A stretch of DNA of 64,000 bases. It comes from Octopus sinensis (taxonomy: Eukaryota). Positions within the stretch are counted from its first letter, which is position 1. Each line of letters opens with the position of its first letter. The notes below the pieces were generated by a model. The model saw only the letters and a program-made list of their open reading frames with translations, was not told the origin of the DNA and ran no database searches. The translations under genes were made by a program, and so were the position numbers. Of the stretch, positions 52,656-64,000 are shown one piece after another. The stretch lies in assembly GCF_006345805.1 (NCBI RefSeq), contig NC_043006.1, positions 82,336,001 through 82,400,000 of the forward strand, given 5' to 3'.

Positions 52656-52760
52656 ATTCACCAAAGTTTGCTAGATCGAGCAACTCCACATGTCACAGTT
52701 CGATGGGGTGTAGCGTTACTTCTAGCTCTCTCCTACTGTATTCGGGTTTATCTATTACAG
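52656..52760 (+). CDS. RER1: RER1 coding exon 2 (IHQSLLDRATPHVTVRWGVALLLALSYCIRVYLLQ)
   Basis: TTTCAG acceptor, CAG|GTAAAT donor, 105 nt, phase 0/0. Matches the Rer1 motif Q..LD..TP...RW.......Y.IRVYLLQ. Confidence 0.96.
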
Positions 52761-52962
52761 GTAAATTTCTTTCTTTTTCTTTCTTCTCTCTCTCTCTCTC
52801 ATTCATTTGCGTGTTTGTATACACACACACTCGCGTGTGTGATTTCTACCCATGTCAGCTTGGAAAATGGACATTAAATGTCAATAATGATCACACACAC
52901 ACACATATATATATGTATATGTGTGTGCTTGGGGTTCATTTTTTTTTTTGTACCAATTAAGC

Positions 52963-53144
52963 ATGCACTATTCAATTTTCACTTCAGTTTTCATTCATAT
53001 TTTTAGCTTATTCGTCTGTCAAAGTTCTTTTGTCAGAGTCACCGAGGAGGTCATAGAATGTGTGACAAAAGAATTTTGACAGACATATAAACTAAAAATA
53101 ATACAAATAAAAACTAAAGCGAAGATCGAATAAATAGTGTACAT
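52963..53144. repeat. Imperfect long inverted repeat (foldback) with hammerhead-like centre
   Basis: Arms ...TTTTAGCTTATTCGTCTGTCAAAGTTCTTTTGTCA / TGACAAAAGAATTTTGACAGACATATAAACTAAAA... Confidence 0.75.
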
Positions 53145-53324
53145 ATGTAATTGACAAAAGAAAAAAAATCATCTCCAAGTATAACTATCTGTTTTAACAC
53201 ATGTTCACATCAAGAATCTTGCAAACCAAATATATAAACTTGTGTGTGTGTGTGTGTATACATATTCTTTTGTTTCAGCCATGCAGCTGCAGTCATGCTG
53301 GAGCATCACCGTGGTTTTGCTGAT

Positions 53325-53690
53325 TTCCTCTGGCTGGGGGTGGTTTCACATCACCACTCCTGTATGTGTCTTTGTCCCAGCTGTTGGCCCATTTGGTGTA
53401 CGAGGGAGTTTGATTCCACTGCTGTCATCTGTACCTCGTGCCATGCCATTGGTTCGTTCAGTATTGTGGAGAGGAGGATATTTAGTTCCTTTTTGAAGAC
53501 ATCTATGCCCGCATTATGTATATTTCTTAATTTTTAAGGCAAGGCATTGAGCTGTTGGCCTTTGAAACCTAGGCTGTTGCAGTACCTGGTCTTCAATTTA
53601 GGAGGAGTGGATGATACCCTTGATACAATACAATGACGTCCAGTGATTATCCTCATCATTTTGCTTAGTGATACTAATAACCTGGTATTA
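53325..53690 (-). mobile_element. CR1-like LINE ORF2 C-terminal fragment
   Basis: Minus strand translates ITGRHCIVSRV..KTRYCNSLGFKGQQLNALP*KLRNIH...DVFKKELNILLS...EP....AVESNSLVHQ. Confidence 0.7.
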
Positions 53691-55905
53691 GAACTTGGTA
53701 TACATATGCTTCAGAATAAAACATAGGTTAAGTACAAATCAGTAATAAGAAATTAAATAATATATATATCTATATATACATATAAAATACAGAAAACGTA
53801 TATATGTTATGCTTTATAAAACATATAATGGTTTCAGCAGTTAACCCAGAATTACAGAATTGCTGGTTGAAACCTTATATAAATCTTGTTCATTCGCCTT
53901 GTCAGTGCTAGCAAAAATTGTTAAAAGTGCTCAGCATATATTCCTGCTGTACAAATTATCAACATCACCATCAAAGACATGCAGTTGGAGGTAAACAAAC
54001 AGTTGACGTAAGTTCAAGGCCTTGCCTTTCCCAAATGGAGGTAGGCAGACCCATGCACTTTCTTACACTCTCGCACTATTACCAACATGTTCAAAGAAAA
54101 AAGGTGATTGTTTTATGACCGCTTTCTGTGCTAGCATGAGTTGGTGGGATCGTGGTCTGATTTATTATTCGAAGTTACTGCTCATTGTAGCTGAGACATA
54201 AGGCCACATTTCACTTATATATTGCATTTGGCTTGCTTTCTGAGGTTAGATGCTTTTTCTAACAACAACCACTTTAGAGAGTGTATGTGGTGCATTTTAC
54301 CAAGGCACCAGCACTATTTCTTTGATGAGACTAAGGGGTCCCCTAAACCATATTGTTCACTTGTGTGTGTACAGTCTCCCATTTGAATGTATCATCATCA
54401 TCGTTTAGCGTCCTCTTTCCATGCTAGCATGGGTTGGACAATTCAACTGGGGTCTGGGAAGCCAGAAGGCTGCACCAGGCCCAGTCTGATCTGGCAGCGT
54501 TTCTACGGCTGGATGACCTTCCTAACGCCAACCACTCCGTGAGTGTAGTGGGTGCTTTTTATGTGCCAGGCGAGGCTGGCAATGTCCACGATCAGTTGGT
54601 GCTTTTTACGTGCCACTGGCACAGAAGCCAGTCGGGGTGGCGCTGGCAACGGCCACGTTCGGATGATTCTCTTATGTATAGTGGCAACAATACAGTGGAG
54701 TCACTTTGTACCCAGTGCAATTAGAGAGCCCTCATCATTTTATTAATCTGCTCATTCACTTAGAGTTTCATGACTCAGGTGAACTGTAGAGAAGAGCAAT
54801 AACAGAAGAATTAGAAGGAGTAGGAGAGAGGTGTATGATACACATATATCTTTTTGTTGTTCTAATTCTCTTAGTTACTGCAAGATTGACATGCTATCTT
54901 GACAATAGTGAGCTAGAACATCATCTGTTAAGATGTTGACAGCTTCTGTTACATAGGTGACCTAACCAGCAGCAGAGGTTGATGTTGTAAAACTTTAATA
55001 GCCTGCATTGGATGAGGGTGGGGGAAAAGTCCAGGGTGTTACTCCTTCTGAACTTCTGTCTGTCTGTAAATAAAGAGAAACTTGCACATTTGTGTACAAA
55101 GTGAAATATTGCATGGTAACCAGACACAAGTGCTAACGTCGGAGAATGTGTCACAGTTGATTTCTAGACCTGGGTACCCTTCCCAACACCAACCACTTAA
55201 TAGTGTACTGGGTGCTTTTTAAGTGGCACCAGTGCCAGAGTGAGGTTGCCAGGTATCTGCAGGATAAAACCCCTCAACTGAGCAGAGTATAGACTAGAGG
55301 AATAAGAAACTATGATAGAGAAAGAGGAGCAGGGATCTTACTGAAGTGGTGAATACATAGTTTGCCCACCTGGAAAGTGAGAGAGAGATGTGAGGTCCAG
55401 GAACAGTGTGAATGTGAGACAGATTAGGATATATGGACAGAAAAGGTGGATGTGTAGGTAAGTGCACTAAGTGAAAATAGTGTGACATGATTAGAGACAG
55501 GGAATGAGTTAGATGCATTGAATATTCAGTGTAGTGACGTAGAAGATTGTTGGAGGGTTAAGTGTCAGAAAACAAGTTGTGGGGTAAGGTTTGACAGAGC
55601 CTCAATCCTGCTATATCATATTCAGTCCTACTGCCGGAACTTTGGGTGAGTGTTTTCCACTTTAGCCCTAGGTCTTGGTGGGGTGGAAACTAGAGGAAAA
55701 TGTTGTAATATATGTGTGTATATGCATGTAAGTGTTTGTCTGCTTGTGTTGATGTTACACTATGGTTATAAAGAAATGTCACTGTCATACAAGCAGTGTG
55801 CAGATAATCTGTACAAGAGATATTAAATATATATATGGGTTATTAGAGGTAATGGTGATTATGCGAATAAGGGGTTCAATGTTGGTCATATGTCAGCGTG
55901 TGTAT

Positions 55906-56112
55906 ATAAAAATTTTATTTCGTAATGAGATAAAAAACCAAGGCTGTGTAGATTTTAGAACATTATAGATAGGTTTCAGGGTTGTTTCCAGGATATTTAT
56001 TATATGAAGGGGTATAATAAATATCCTGGTAACTACTGTAAGACCTATCTATAAATATTCTAAAATCTACACAGCCTTGGTTTTTTATCTCGTTACGAAA
56101 GAAAATTTTTAT
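55906..56112. repeat. ~100-bp-arm inverted repeat (foldback) with 8-nt loop
   Basis: GAGATAAAAAACCAAGGCTGTGTAGATTTTAGAA...CCAGGATATTTATTATA / TATAATAAATATCCTGG...TTCTAAAATCTACACAGCCTTGGTTTTTTATCTC. Confidence 0.85.
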
Positions 56113-56259
56113 GTGTATATATGTGTCTATTTATCACCCAATGAGATACATCTACACTGCCAGTTGTTGTGTGTCCCACCCGTTAGGAATTGATGCTAGA
56201 TGTGTCAAAACAATTGTCATGGTTAATAATATATTCTTGTATATTCCATCTACCATATG

Positions 56260-56297
<38 letters not shown>

Positions 56298-56697
56298 TGT
56301 TCAAAACAGTTGCATGTCTCAAAAGCTCACTCTGTGCATCTTCAAAAATGATAATGTATTTATATTTTGCTTCAATACTGAGTGGTTTTCCAGCAGGTAT
56401 GAGAAGTCAACCAAAATTATTTTTAAGATTGTTTGTATTTGTGAATTCAGTGTACACCTTCCTTCCTTTCTTTTTCTCTTACATCCTCTCTCTCTTTCTT
56501 CCTCTTCCTTCCTTCCCTTCTGCATATCATAACATTTCACTGTTGGTGGACTATTGTGCTAAGTTGTTGTATAAACATTAATGAAATGGCTTATTTTTGG
56601 CCAATTTCGTTGTATGTATGTCTCTGAATATCTGGTTTTTTTTTTTTTTTTTTTTTTTCTTGTTTATAATTTCATTTTGGTATTTATTAATTTCTAG

Positions 56698-56794
56698 GGC
56701 TGGTACATTGTGACATATGCATTAGGAATTTATCTTCTGAATTTGTTCATTGCATTCCTTACACCCAAAATAGACCCTGCCATAGATGACACAG
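56698..56794 (+). CDS. RER1: RER1 coding exon 3 ([32 protein letters not shown])
   Basis: TTCTAG acceptor, CAG|GTAAGT donor, 97 nt, phase 0/1. Hallmark Rer1 [24 protein letters not shown]. Confidence 0.97.
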
Positions 56795-57138
56795 GTAAGT
56801 AACTGTTATTGTTTAGCCCCAGGCCAGCCCTGATTAAGCACTCCCACAATCAAAGACATTTCCAATCATGACTATCACATCTTTTTTCCATCCCTTCCCA
56901 TAAACAGTGATCCTTTATGTTCTTCCTTTTAAAGACGGTAGGTTATGATTTCAGGGGGATTTGACTGCTATTTTCAGGATAAGTTGAAAGTGGTGGCTAT
57001 TCCTCATTTCTGGGTATTTTTGTTTCTTTTCTTCTCAGTGCAATGCAACTCTGAGTCAGATGTGAAAAACAGGATTTGTGCTTGCCATGTTGCTTTTGGA
57101 AGAATTGTCTAACATGGTCTTCAGAAACTAAACTTTAA

Positions 57139-58215
57139 CCCTTTCGTTACCAAAGCCGCCCGAAAAAAATTTTGGTTAATGTGACCAAACCGCCCAAAGC
57201 TGCCCCAATTTACCTATTCATATTTAAATGAGAATATCAGAGCAAATCTCTTTAGTACATTCGTGAAAACACGTATTATACTTCGTAAACAGTTCAACTA
57301 CAGTTTTGTACAATAATCGAAGTGTAATTTTAATTCCGGGAATTTTGGGAGATTTTTTTCCGAAATTTGTTCCTATTGTGTTTTCAAAATTTGTAATTCT
57401 GACAAAAAATGGATACGAATTTCATTATATCAAGCAGCGAGTCAGAATTCGAAGGATTTTCTACTGAAGACCTTCATAAATCTAACTCTATGACTGAAAA
57501 AAAAAGCATGTGGTATTTGATAATGAATCTGATGTTTCATTTTCCGAAAGTGAAAACTGTGAATCCGAGAGCTCCGACAGCGATAAAGAAAATGAATTGG
57601 CACCTGAATGGAGTGAAAATTTAAAAACTGTTTCTTTCAGTGATTTTTCTGAAGAAACTGGACCAAGCCACAGACTTTCCCAGGAGAGTAAAGCCTTAGA
57701 CTATTTCTTTTTACTTTTTCGAATGAGCCTATTTGAAATCATTACGGCGGAAACGAACTGTTACGCTAAACGTAAACAAAGCGAAAGAAACGATAGTTTG
57801 TGGTTTCCCACAACCTTAAATGAAATTAAGACTATTTTGCCATAAATATTATTATGGGTATCAGAAAGTTACCCAGAATAACAAATTCTATCATAAAATT
57901 TTGTTGTATACCCAATTGAATATTAGCTAATAACCCATTTTCTATAGCGATGTTTGAACAAAATTTTAATAATTTTATATTTTGTTGAATTTACCTGTAT
58001 CTTACCTGCAATTAGAGTCACTTTGTGACAAAAATTATAGTATAGAATTGGTTGAGAATATTTCATTAAATTATCTTCCAAAAATCAGATTAATATATCA
58101 ATAAATAAAAAAGTTATAGTTGTTTAATGAAACCAGACTAAATTTATGATTACGTTAGAAATTAATTGAAACACATAAGGGGTGTAATTTGGTCAGAAAT
58201 ATAGTAACGAAAGAG
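57139..58215 (+). mobile_element. piggyBac deletion derivative with N-terminal transposase fragment (57409-~57890)
   Basis: TTAA|CCCTTTCGTTAC...GTAACGAAAGAG|TTAA. Acidic N-terminus then LDYFFLLF..LFEIITAETNCYA..W.PTTLNEIK..IIMGI.KLP, frameshifted; catalytic domain absent. Confidence 0.9.
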
Positions 58216-58224
58216 TTAAACACC

Positions 58225-58900
58225 AATTCAGACATAGCATATCAAGTTGTCATTGTTTTGACCTTACTCTACAGATGCAAAACACTGTATCATGAAGATA
58301 TCAAGAAACTCAAGTGCTCTCACCAACAGAAGCTTTCATCTTCATCATCATCATCATTTAATGTCTGCTTTCCATGCTGGCATGGGTTGGACAGCTTGAT
58401 AGGAACTGGCAAGGCCATGGGGCCACACTACATTCCATAGTCTGTTTTAGCTTGGTTTCTACAGCTGGATGCCCTTCCTAACACCAGCCACTTTACAGAG
58501 TCAATGTTTTGGGTGCTTTTCATGTGGCATCAGCACCAGTGCTTTTTACATGGCACTTTGGTTTTAGGATCTCAATTCTGTTGTGGTGGACAGGTCTTGA
58601 GTTCTTGAATATTAAATGGGAGGACCACATTCACCAAAATAGCAGATCCTGAGAAAGCTTGAACCAACAGCATTGATTTCACCACCATCAGACATTGGCT
58701 CAGATAATCTGTATATGGTAGGTGAGTGACAGTAGTCTTCCCTGCAAAAGACCATGCTGAAACCCTCTCTGATGTTACAAAGATCAGCTCAAAAAGACTA
58801 TGAAGAAACTCTGAGATGAACAAGCAGCAGATGGCACTCTGATGTTGAATCATTTTGGCGGCTACTGAAGTGTTTCATCCTTCTGAGGTCAACAGTATTA
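58225..58900 (+). mobile_element. Old RTE-BovB-like LINE C-terminal remnant, interrupted by a younger RTE 3' fragment
   Basis: YQVVIVLTLLYRCKTLY..IKKLKCSHQQKL, then after the insertion LNIKWEDHI..SID...WLR. Confidence 0.6.
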
Positions 58901-59123
58901 AAGTACCAGTTATGCTATGTGGGCTCGGTGGCCCATGATAATATTTGTAGATTGATTCCTTCGTTGGATGAGACTTACCTCCGTCTTCAGAGAAGAGGTC
59001 ATATGTTTGAGATGTTACTCTGTATAAGTGAAACCTTTTTCTATGTACACATATGTACATTTTTTGTATTTATTGTATTTAATATACTTTGTGTGTGTGT
59101 GTGATTGGCATCTCTTAGTTTCC

Positions 59124-59558
59124 TATTTCTTTATTGCCCACAAAGGGCTAAACATAGAGGGGACAAACAAGGACAGACAAATGGAATAAGTTGATTACCA
59201 GTTACAGTGCGTAACTGGTACTTAATTTATCGAGCCTGAAACGATGCAAGGCAGAGTTGACCTCGGCGGAATTTGAACTTAGAATGTAGACAGACGAAAT
59301 ACCTATTTCTTTACTACCCACAAGGGGCTAACCACAGAGGGGACAGACAGACGGACTAAGTCGATTATATCGATCTCAGTGCGTAACTGGTACTTAATTT
59401 ATCGACCCCGAAAGGATGAAAGGCAAAGTCGACCTCGGCGGAATTTGAACTCAGAACGTAATGGCAGACGAAATACCGCTAAGCATTTTGCCCGGCGTGC
59501 TAACGTTTCTGCCAACTCGCCACCTTATGCTAACGTTTCTGCCGGCTTGCCGCCTTAA
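59124..59558 (-). mobile_element. Family A SINE dimer with duplicated head
   Basis: Two bodies and a repeated head inside TSD CTTAGTTTCC (59114-59123 / 59559-59568). Confidence 0.8.
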
Positions 59559-59957
59559 CTTAGTTTCCACTTACAAGATCTACTCACTAGGCTTTGGTTG
59601 GCCTGGACACTTACCCAAGTTGCCATGCAATGGAACTGAACCTGGTTTACTTCCCAACCACATGGTTTGGACAGTAAACTTCTTACCACACAGCCATCGC
59701 TAAGCCTAAACACAACATGCCTATACTTATTACTCAAACATAAGTTATTTAGTACACCTCATAATACTCTTCTTTTACCTTCAAATTAGTAGAATCCTGT
59801 TGTGCAACATTATATTTATGCTACCAAAGTTGCCATATAGCATTCTTTGTTGTTGCTACTCTGCGTTATTGGCTGGTATCATGTCAGTGGACATGGTAAC
59901 AACCGAGAAAGAACTCAATATTTAAGATATATGTCTTTTTCTTTCAATTGCAAAGTA

Positions 59958-60084
59958 CAGGGTGTCCACAAAGTCTGGGTACATGGGGATTAACACATAC
60001 TTTAAGAAATTATTATTTCTTATATTTAATTCTATATGTTATGATTTTATTTACCCCATGTACCCAGACTTTGTGGACACCCTG
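59958..60084. mobile_element. Tc1/mariner MITE, 127 bp
   Basis: Perfect 31-bp TIR CAGGGTGTCCACAAAGTCTGGGTACATGGGG with TA on both sides. Confidence 0.92.
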
Positions 60085-60953
60085 TAGATGCAACATGACT
60101 CAACTCATTGACTGCACTGTCTGTTAATGGCCTGCCACTCTATAGAAGAACTTGCAGCATAATCCTAGAATAAATTGAAAATATGGTATTTCATAAGGGC
60201 ATCACCTCTTGACTATATCTCGTTTATTCAGTTGGCTGCCTCTGTGTTCTAAGTTTGTGTGAACCAAGCTGACTGTGGCTTTTGAGTGACATTAACAGTA
60301 ATATCCTTTCTACTGTAGGATCTCATTCTGTTGTGGTGGGCGGGTCTTCTTGAGTACTTGAATATTAAATAGAAGGACCACATTCACAAAAAAAAAAGAT
60401 CCTGAGAAAGCTTGAATCAACAGCATTGATTTCACCACCATCAGACATTGGCTCAGATAATCTGTATATGGTAGGTGAGTGACCCTAGACTTCCCTAAAA
60501 TTTGGGCGGGGGGGCAGTTGATTAGATTGACCCCAGTACATAACTAGTACTTACTTCATTGCCCCCCCTCCCCGAAAGGATGAAAGGCAAAGTTGACCTC
60601 GGTGGAATTTGAACTCAGCATGTAAAGATGGACAAAATACTGCCAATATTTTGCCCAGCATGCTAATGATTCTGCCAGCTCACTGCTTTTGACACTAACA
60701 ATGATTTAGAGAGAGAAATTAGTTACTAACTAAAGTCAAACCAGGAAAACAGTCTTTTATTGAATTCACTCTGCCTTTATGCTAGGCCCAGATCTGACCT
60801 TAAACGTTTTTGGTTTTCTGTTACATTCCTTAGATGTCATTATCTTACTGGTTTTTTTGTGTTATATCTTTTTCACTGCTTTAGGTCTTTTAATGTTTCA
60901 GTCATTCATTTTGCCAAAATTTGATTATTTAAAAAAAAATTTTGTTTTTTTAG

Positions 60954-61035
60954 CTGAAGATGGACCATCATTACCAACAAAAGCTAATGAAGAATTCCGG
61001 CCTTTTATGCGCAGATTACCAGAATTTAAATTCTG
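60954..61035 (+). CDS. RER1: RER1 coding exon 4 ([28 protein letters not shown])
   Basis: TTTTAG acceptor, TG|GTGAGT donor, 82 nt, phase 1/2. Hallmark [19 protein letters not shown]. Confidence 0.97.
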
Positions 61036-63062
61036 GTGAGTAGCATATTACAATTTATTTTTCTATGCATTAATTTACTTCAAGAGTAAGTAGCAGTGCA
61101 GTGTAAAAGTTGAGCCCTTTGTTAGTTGATTTTGCATTCAGTTTTTGCCTCCTAACTGCAGCTTTTGCTTTCCTGTTCCACCTCATTTCATGTTCCTTTG
61201 GGAAAGGCAACAACATGTATATACTCTCATAGAAACCTTTGGCTTCCTGATTTCCTTAACCCTTTCGTTACCGTATTTATTTTGAGATGCTCTGTATTTC
61301 TTTCAATTACTTTAAATATAACAAAGAATTTAGTAAAATAACTTAGTCATCATTAAGCTAGTGTTAGGAACATAAATTGTGACTAAGGTTTGGTGGAAGA
61401 TGTTAATTCAAAACTTATCTAAACAAGACATTTGTACTCAGAGCCAGAGCCGCTTTCAGCCGGGTTGGTATCAAAAGGGTTAAGAAAGCAACAGGAAACC
61501 GACCTGGTATCATCGTCTCTGAGATACTATGTTGGTAAGATAGAAAGTTATATTCAGTTTCAGTCTACTTCCTATGCTGGCATGGGTTTGGATGGGTTGA
61601 CACATCAAGTTGGTTCTTATTCAGTTACCTCTCCCCTAGATGAACAAGAAGTCATGTCTTATTCATATGGTTCCTGCTTTGAATCCAATGTGGTACTATG
61701 TAAATATCCATTAATAAGACAACTGATGGTGACCAGGAATCAAACTGATTGAAACAATGTTAGTATAAATATTTTTTAAAATTAAGTTAAACAGTTTGAG
61801 AAATATTTTGATAATTATAACCCACCTCGCTCAGATATTTAGACAGCTGTTTTGTTTTATATAAATGCTTTTATAGCTCATGTAATATTCTTCTTTAAAC
61901 ATTATTGTGTTTGATAAAAAATGGTGCCAGCAAGCAAAGAGATAGTACACTGCTGAACTGAATGTCTTTCACTTGTTAGTTCTACTCTCTTCCTGTATTC
62001 TAAATTCAGATCTGGTAAGGATTAATTTTGTTTCATTCCTCAAAAGGTTTGTGAAATAAATACCAGTTGTAAACTATAGTTGATTCAATAGTTCGGTTAT
62101 GCTTGTACTTTATAGATTCACAGGCTTTGCATTATGTTCGATGATGTGTAAGTATCATAGATTTGTTTGGTCTGTGGGTTTGTGGTATAGTTTTGACCCC
62201 CCTACATGTAACCACTTCATACAGATCATTAATGCCTTTTAAAAAGGCGTTAATGTTGCACCTTTCCCTTTCACCTCACCTAAATGACACAGGCTTCATG
62301 ACTGAATTCATCTTTAGTAAATTGTTTTAATAGAGAATGGATCTGCATTAGACTAACATGTTTTGATCACCACCATGCGGACAAAGGTCAATATGTGATG
62401 CACCAGTGATTAGATTTGTCTTAAATTAAACAGTCGTAGCTGTGTGATAAGAAGCTTGCTTTTCAACCATATGGTTTAGGGTTCAGTCCCACTTTGTAGC
62501 ACCTTCTCAAGTGTCTTCTATAACCTCTGGCCAACTAAAGCTCTGTGAGTGGATTTGGTAGATGGAAACTGAAAGAAGCTTGTATGTATATATATGTATA
62601 TATAGTTTGTGTCTGTGTTTATGTCCCCATAACTTAGTGGTTCAGCCAAAAGAATAAATACCAGGCTTTAAAAAACAAGTACTGGGGTCAATACATTTGA
62701 CTAAAAATTCTTCAAGGAAGTGCCCCAGCATGGCCACAGTCTAATGACTGAAACAAGTAAACAATAAGTGATTTGTTAGATTTTCATTGTTAAATACTGC
62801 TTGCATTAAACTGCGACCAGGTCACAATTTCAAGGGACAAATTATTTCAACACCACATTACAAATGATAAATGTTTTTAAGTGATGTTAACAGCTTTTGT
62901 ATTTCTGAACATTTAACTTGTGTCTTCCGTGTTGCAATTGTTTTAGTTTCAACACTCAATCTCAGATCAAAGCACCTACCATGCAAGTACATCTCTGTAA
63001 TTATTTGTTTATTCATAATAAATGTGCCGACATTGTATTTCCATGTAAATTTTCTTTTGTAG

Positions 63063-63198
63063 GTATTCTGCATCCAAGTCAATTATCATTGGCTTATTCT
63101 GCACATTGTTTGAAGCTCTGGACATCCCTGTTTTCTGGCCTATCCTGGTTATGTATTTCATCATTTTGTTTACAATCACTATGAAGAGACAAATTAAG
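63063..63198 (+). CDS. RER1: RER1 coding exon 5 (YSASKSIIIGLFCTLFEALDIPVFWPILVMYFIILFTITMKRQIK); final exon lies beyond the window
   Basis: TTGTAG acceptor, AAG|GTAAGA donor, 136 nt, phase 2/0. Hallmark PVFWPILVMYF..LF..TMKRQIK. The window ends in a T-rich tract that may be the next acceptor. Confidence 0.97.
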
Positions 63199-64000
63199 GT
63201 AAGAAACCCCCCCCCCTTATTGATTTGTCATTGTAGGTCCATTTTACCCATGCTTGTATGAGATGAACAGATTTTCTTGGATTTTCTCCAGTCTTATCTC
63301 ATCCCTTTTGTGAGAATCAGCTTCTTGAGATTAGTTTAAATACTTCTTCAGTCTTCTCATCTTCACATCTGATTCCTCTTATACCCAGTTTTTCTCTCAC
63401 CTCATTCGTGCGCTGTTGTTCATGCCCTGTCGAGCTTGCCGTCTTCGTTTCTTTCCAGTATCAGCACATCCTTCAGATTCAATACCCTTATCTCATTGTA
63501 CCATGAGGTCCATATTTCATTGCCATGTAATATCACACTATGTATGCAAGAATCAGGCTATCTGTCTTTTCCTGAGACAGAGAACCACTTTGCTGCCCTG
63601 CAGAGGTAAAAGCCCCCTGAACTATTTCTAACCTGTTCTAGATCTGGTTACTGTGTTTATGGAAAACTTCTACCATTGATTAGGTTACTTGTGAAACAAA
63701 AGCTGTCAGTTTCATCTAGAGAGCCTCATGGATATTTGAAAGAATTTATTCTATGGGTGTTCTTAGAGCTAACCATACCTGGGCATATAAAGTTCTTTAC
63801 TCGTGATCCACCAGCATCTCTTTTATACTCTTAGTTTGTATTTGGTTTACAGTACATATTATAATTTGTACCTGCACCATTTCTTCATATTAGGTAGGGC
63901 CATTTCCCTTCTGTAACCCCCCCCCCCCACAAAAAAAAGAAAAGAAAATGTTTTATGCTAATTAGGTTTTTGTTTGTTAGTTTTCTTTTTCCTTTTTTTT

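Noticed and set aside
60779-60953. Hydrophobic N-terminal extension of the ORF containing RER1 exon 4
   Set aside because: T-rich intron read-through upstream of the AG at 60952-60953; the same applies to the ORFs flanking exons 1 and 2.

Overview
AT-rich, repeat-dense eukaryotic DNA. The SINE/LINE families and microsatellite load strongly suggest an Octopus (coleoid cephalopod) genome; this is inferred, not searched. The only recognisable host gene is RER1 (Golgi-to-ER retrieval receptor) on the + strand. Five coding exons (45730-63198, 163 codons) splice in frame with GT-AG sites, and the last exon lies beyond the window. A CpG-retaining region in the first ~7 kb probably holds the promoter and a non-coding first exon, which implies a ~42 kb 5' intronic region. 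The rest is layered transposon debris: three tRNA-SINE families, RTE and CR1-like LINE 3' ends, Tc1/mariner, maT, piggyBac plus MITEs, hAT MITEs, a Helitron helicase fragment and a Merlin-like 2 kb element. The most notable observations are a U6 snRNA-RTE chimeric retrocopy, a set of foldback inserts (some TSD-flanked) with minimal hammerhead-ribozyme-like cores (Penelope-like, one with a compensatory U3-A8 core pair), a microhomology-bounded templated insertion, and two SINE dimers inserted at the same site of another SINE. Most long ORFs in the supplied track are spurious. Repeat boundaries were read by eye and are approximate unless a TSD or TIR is quoted.
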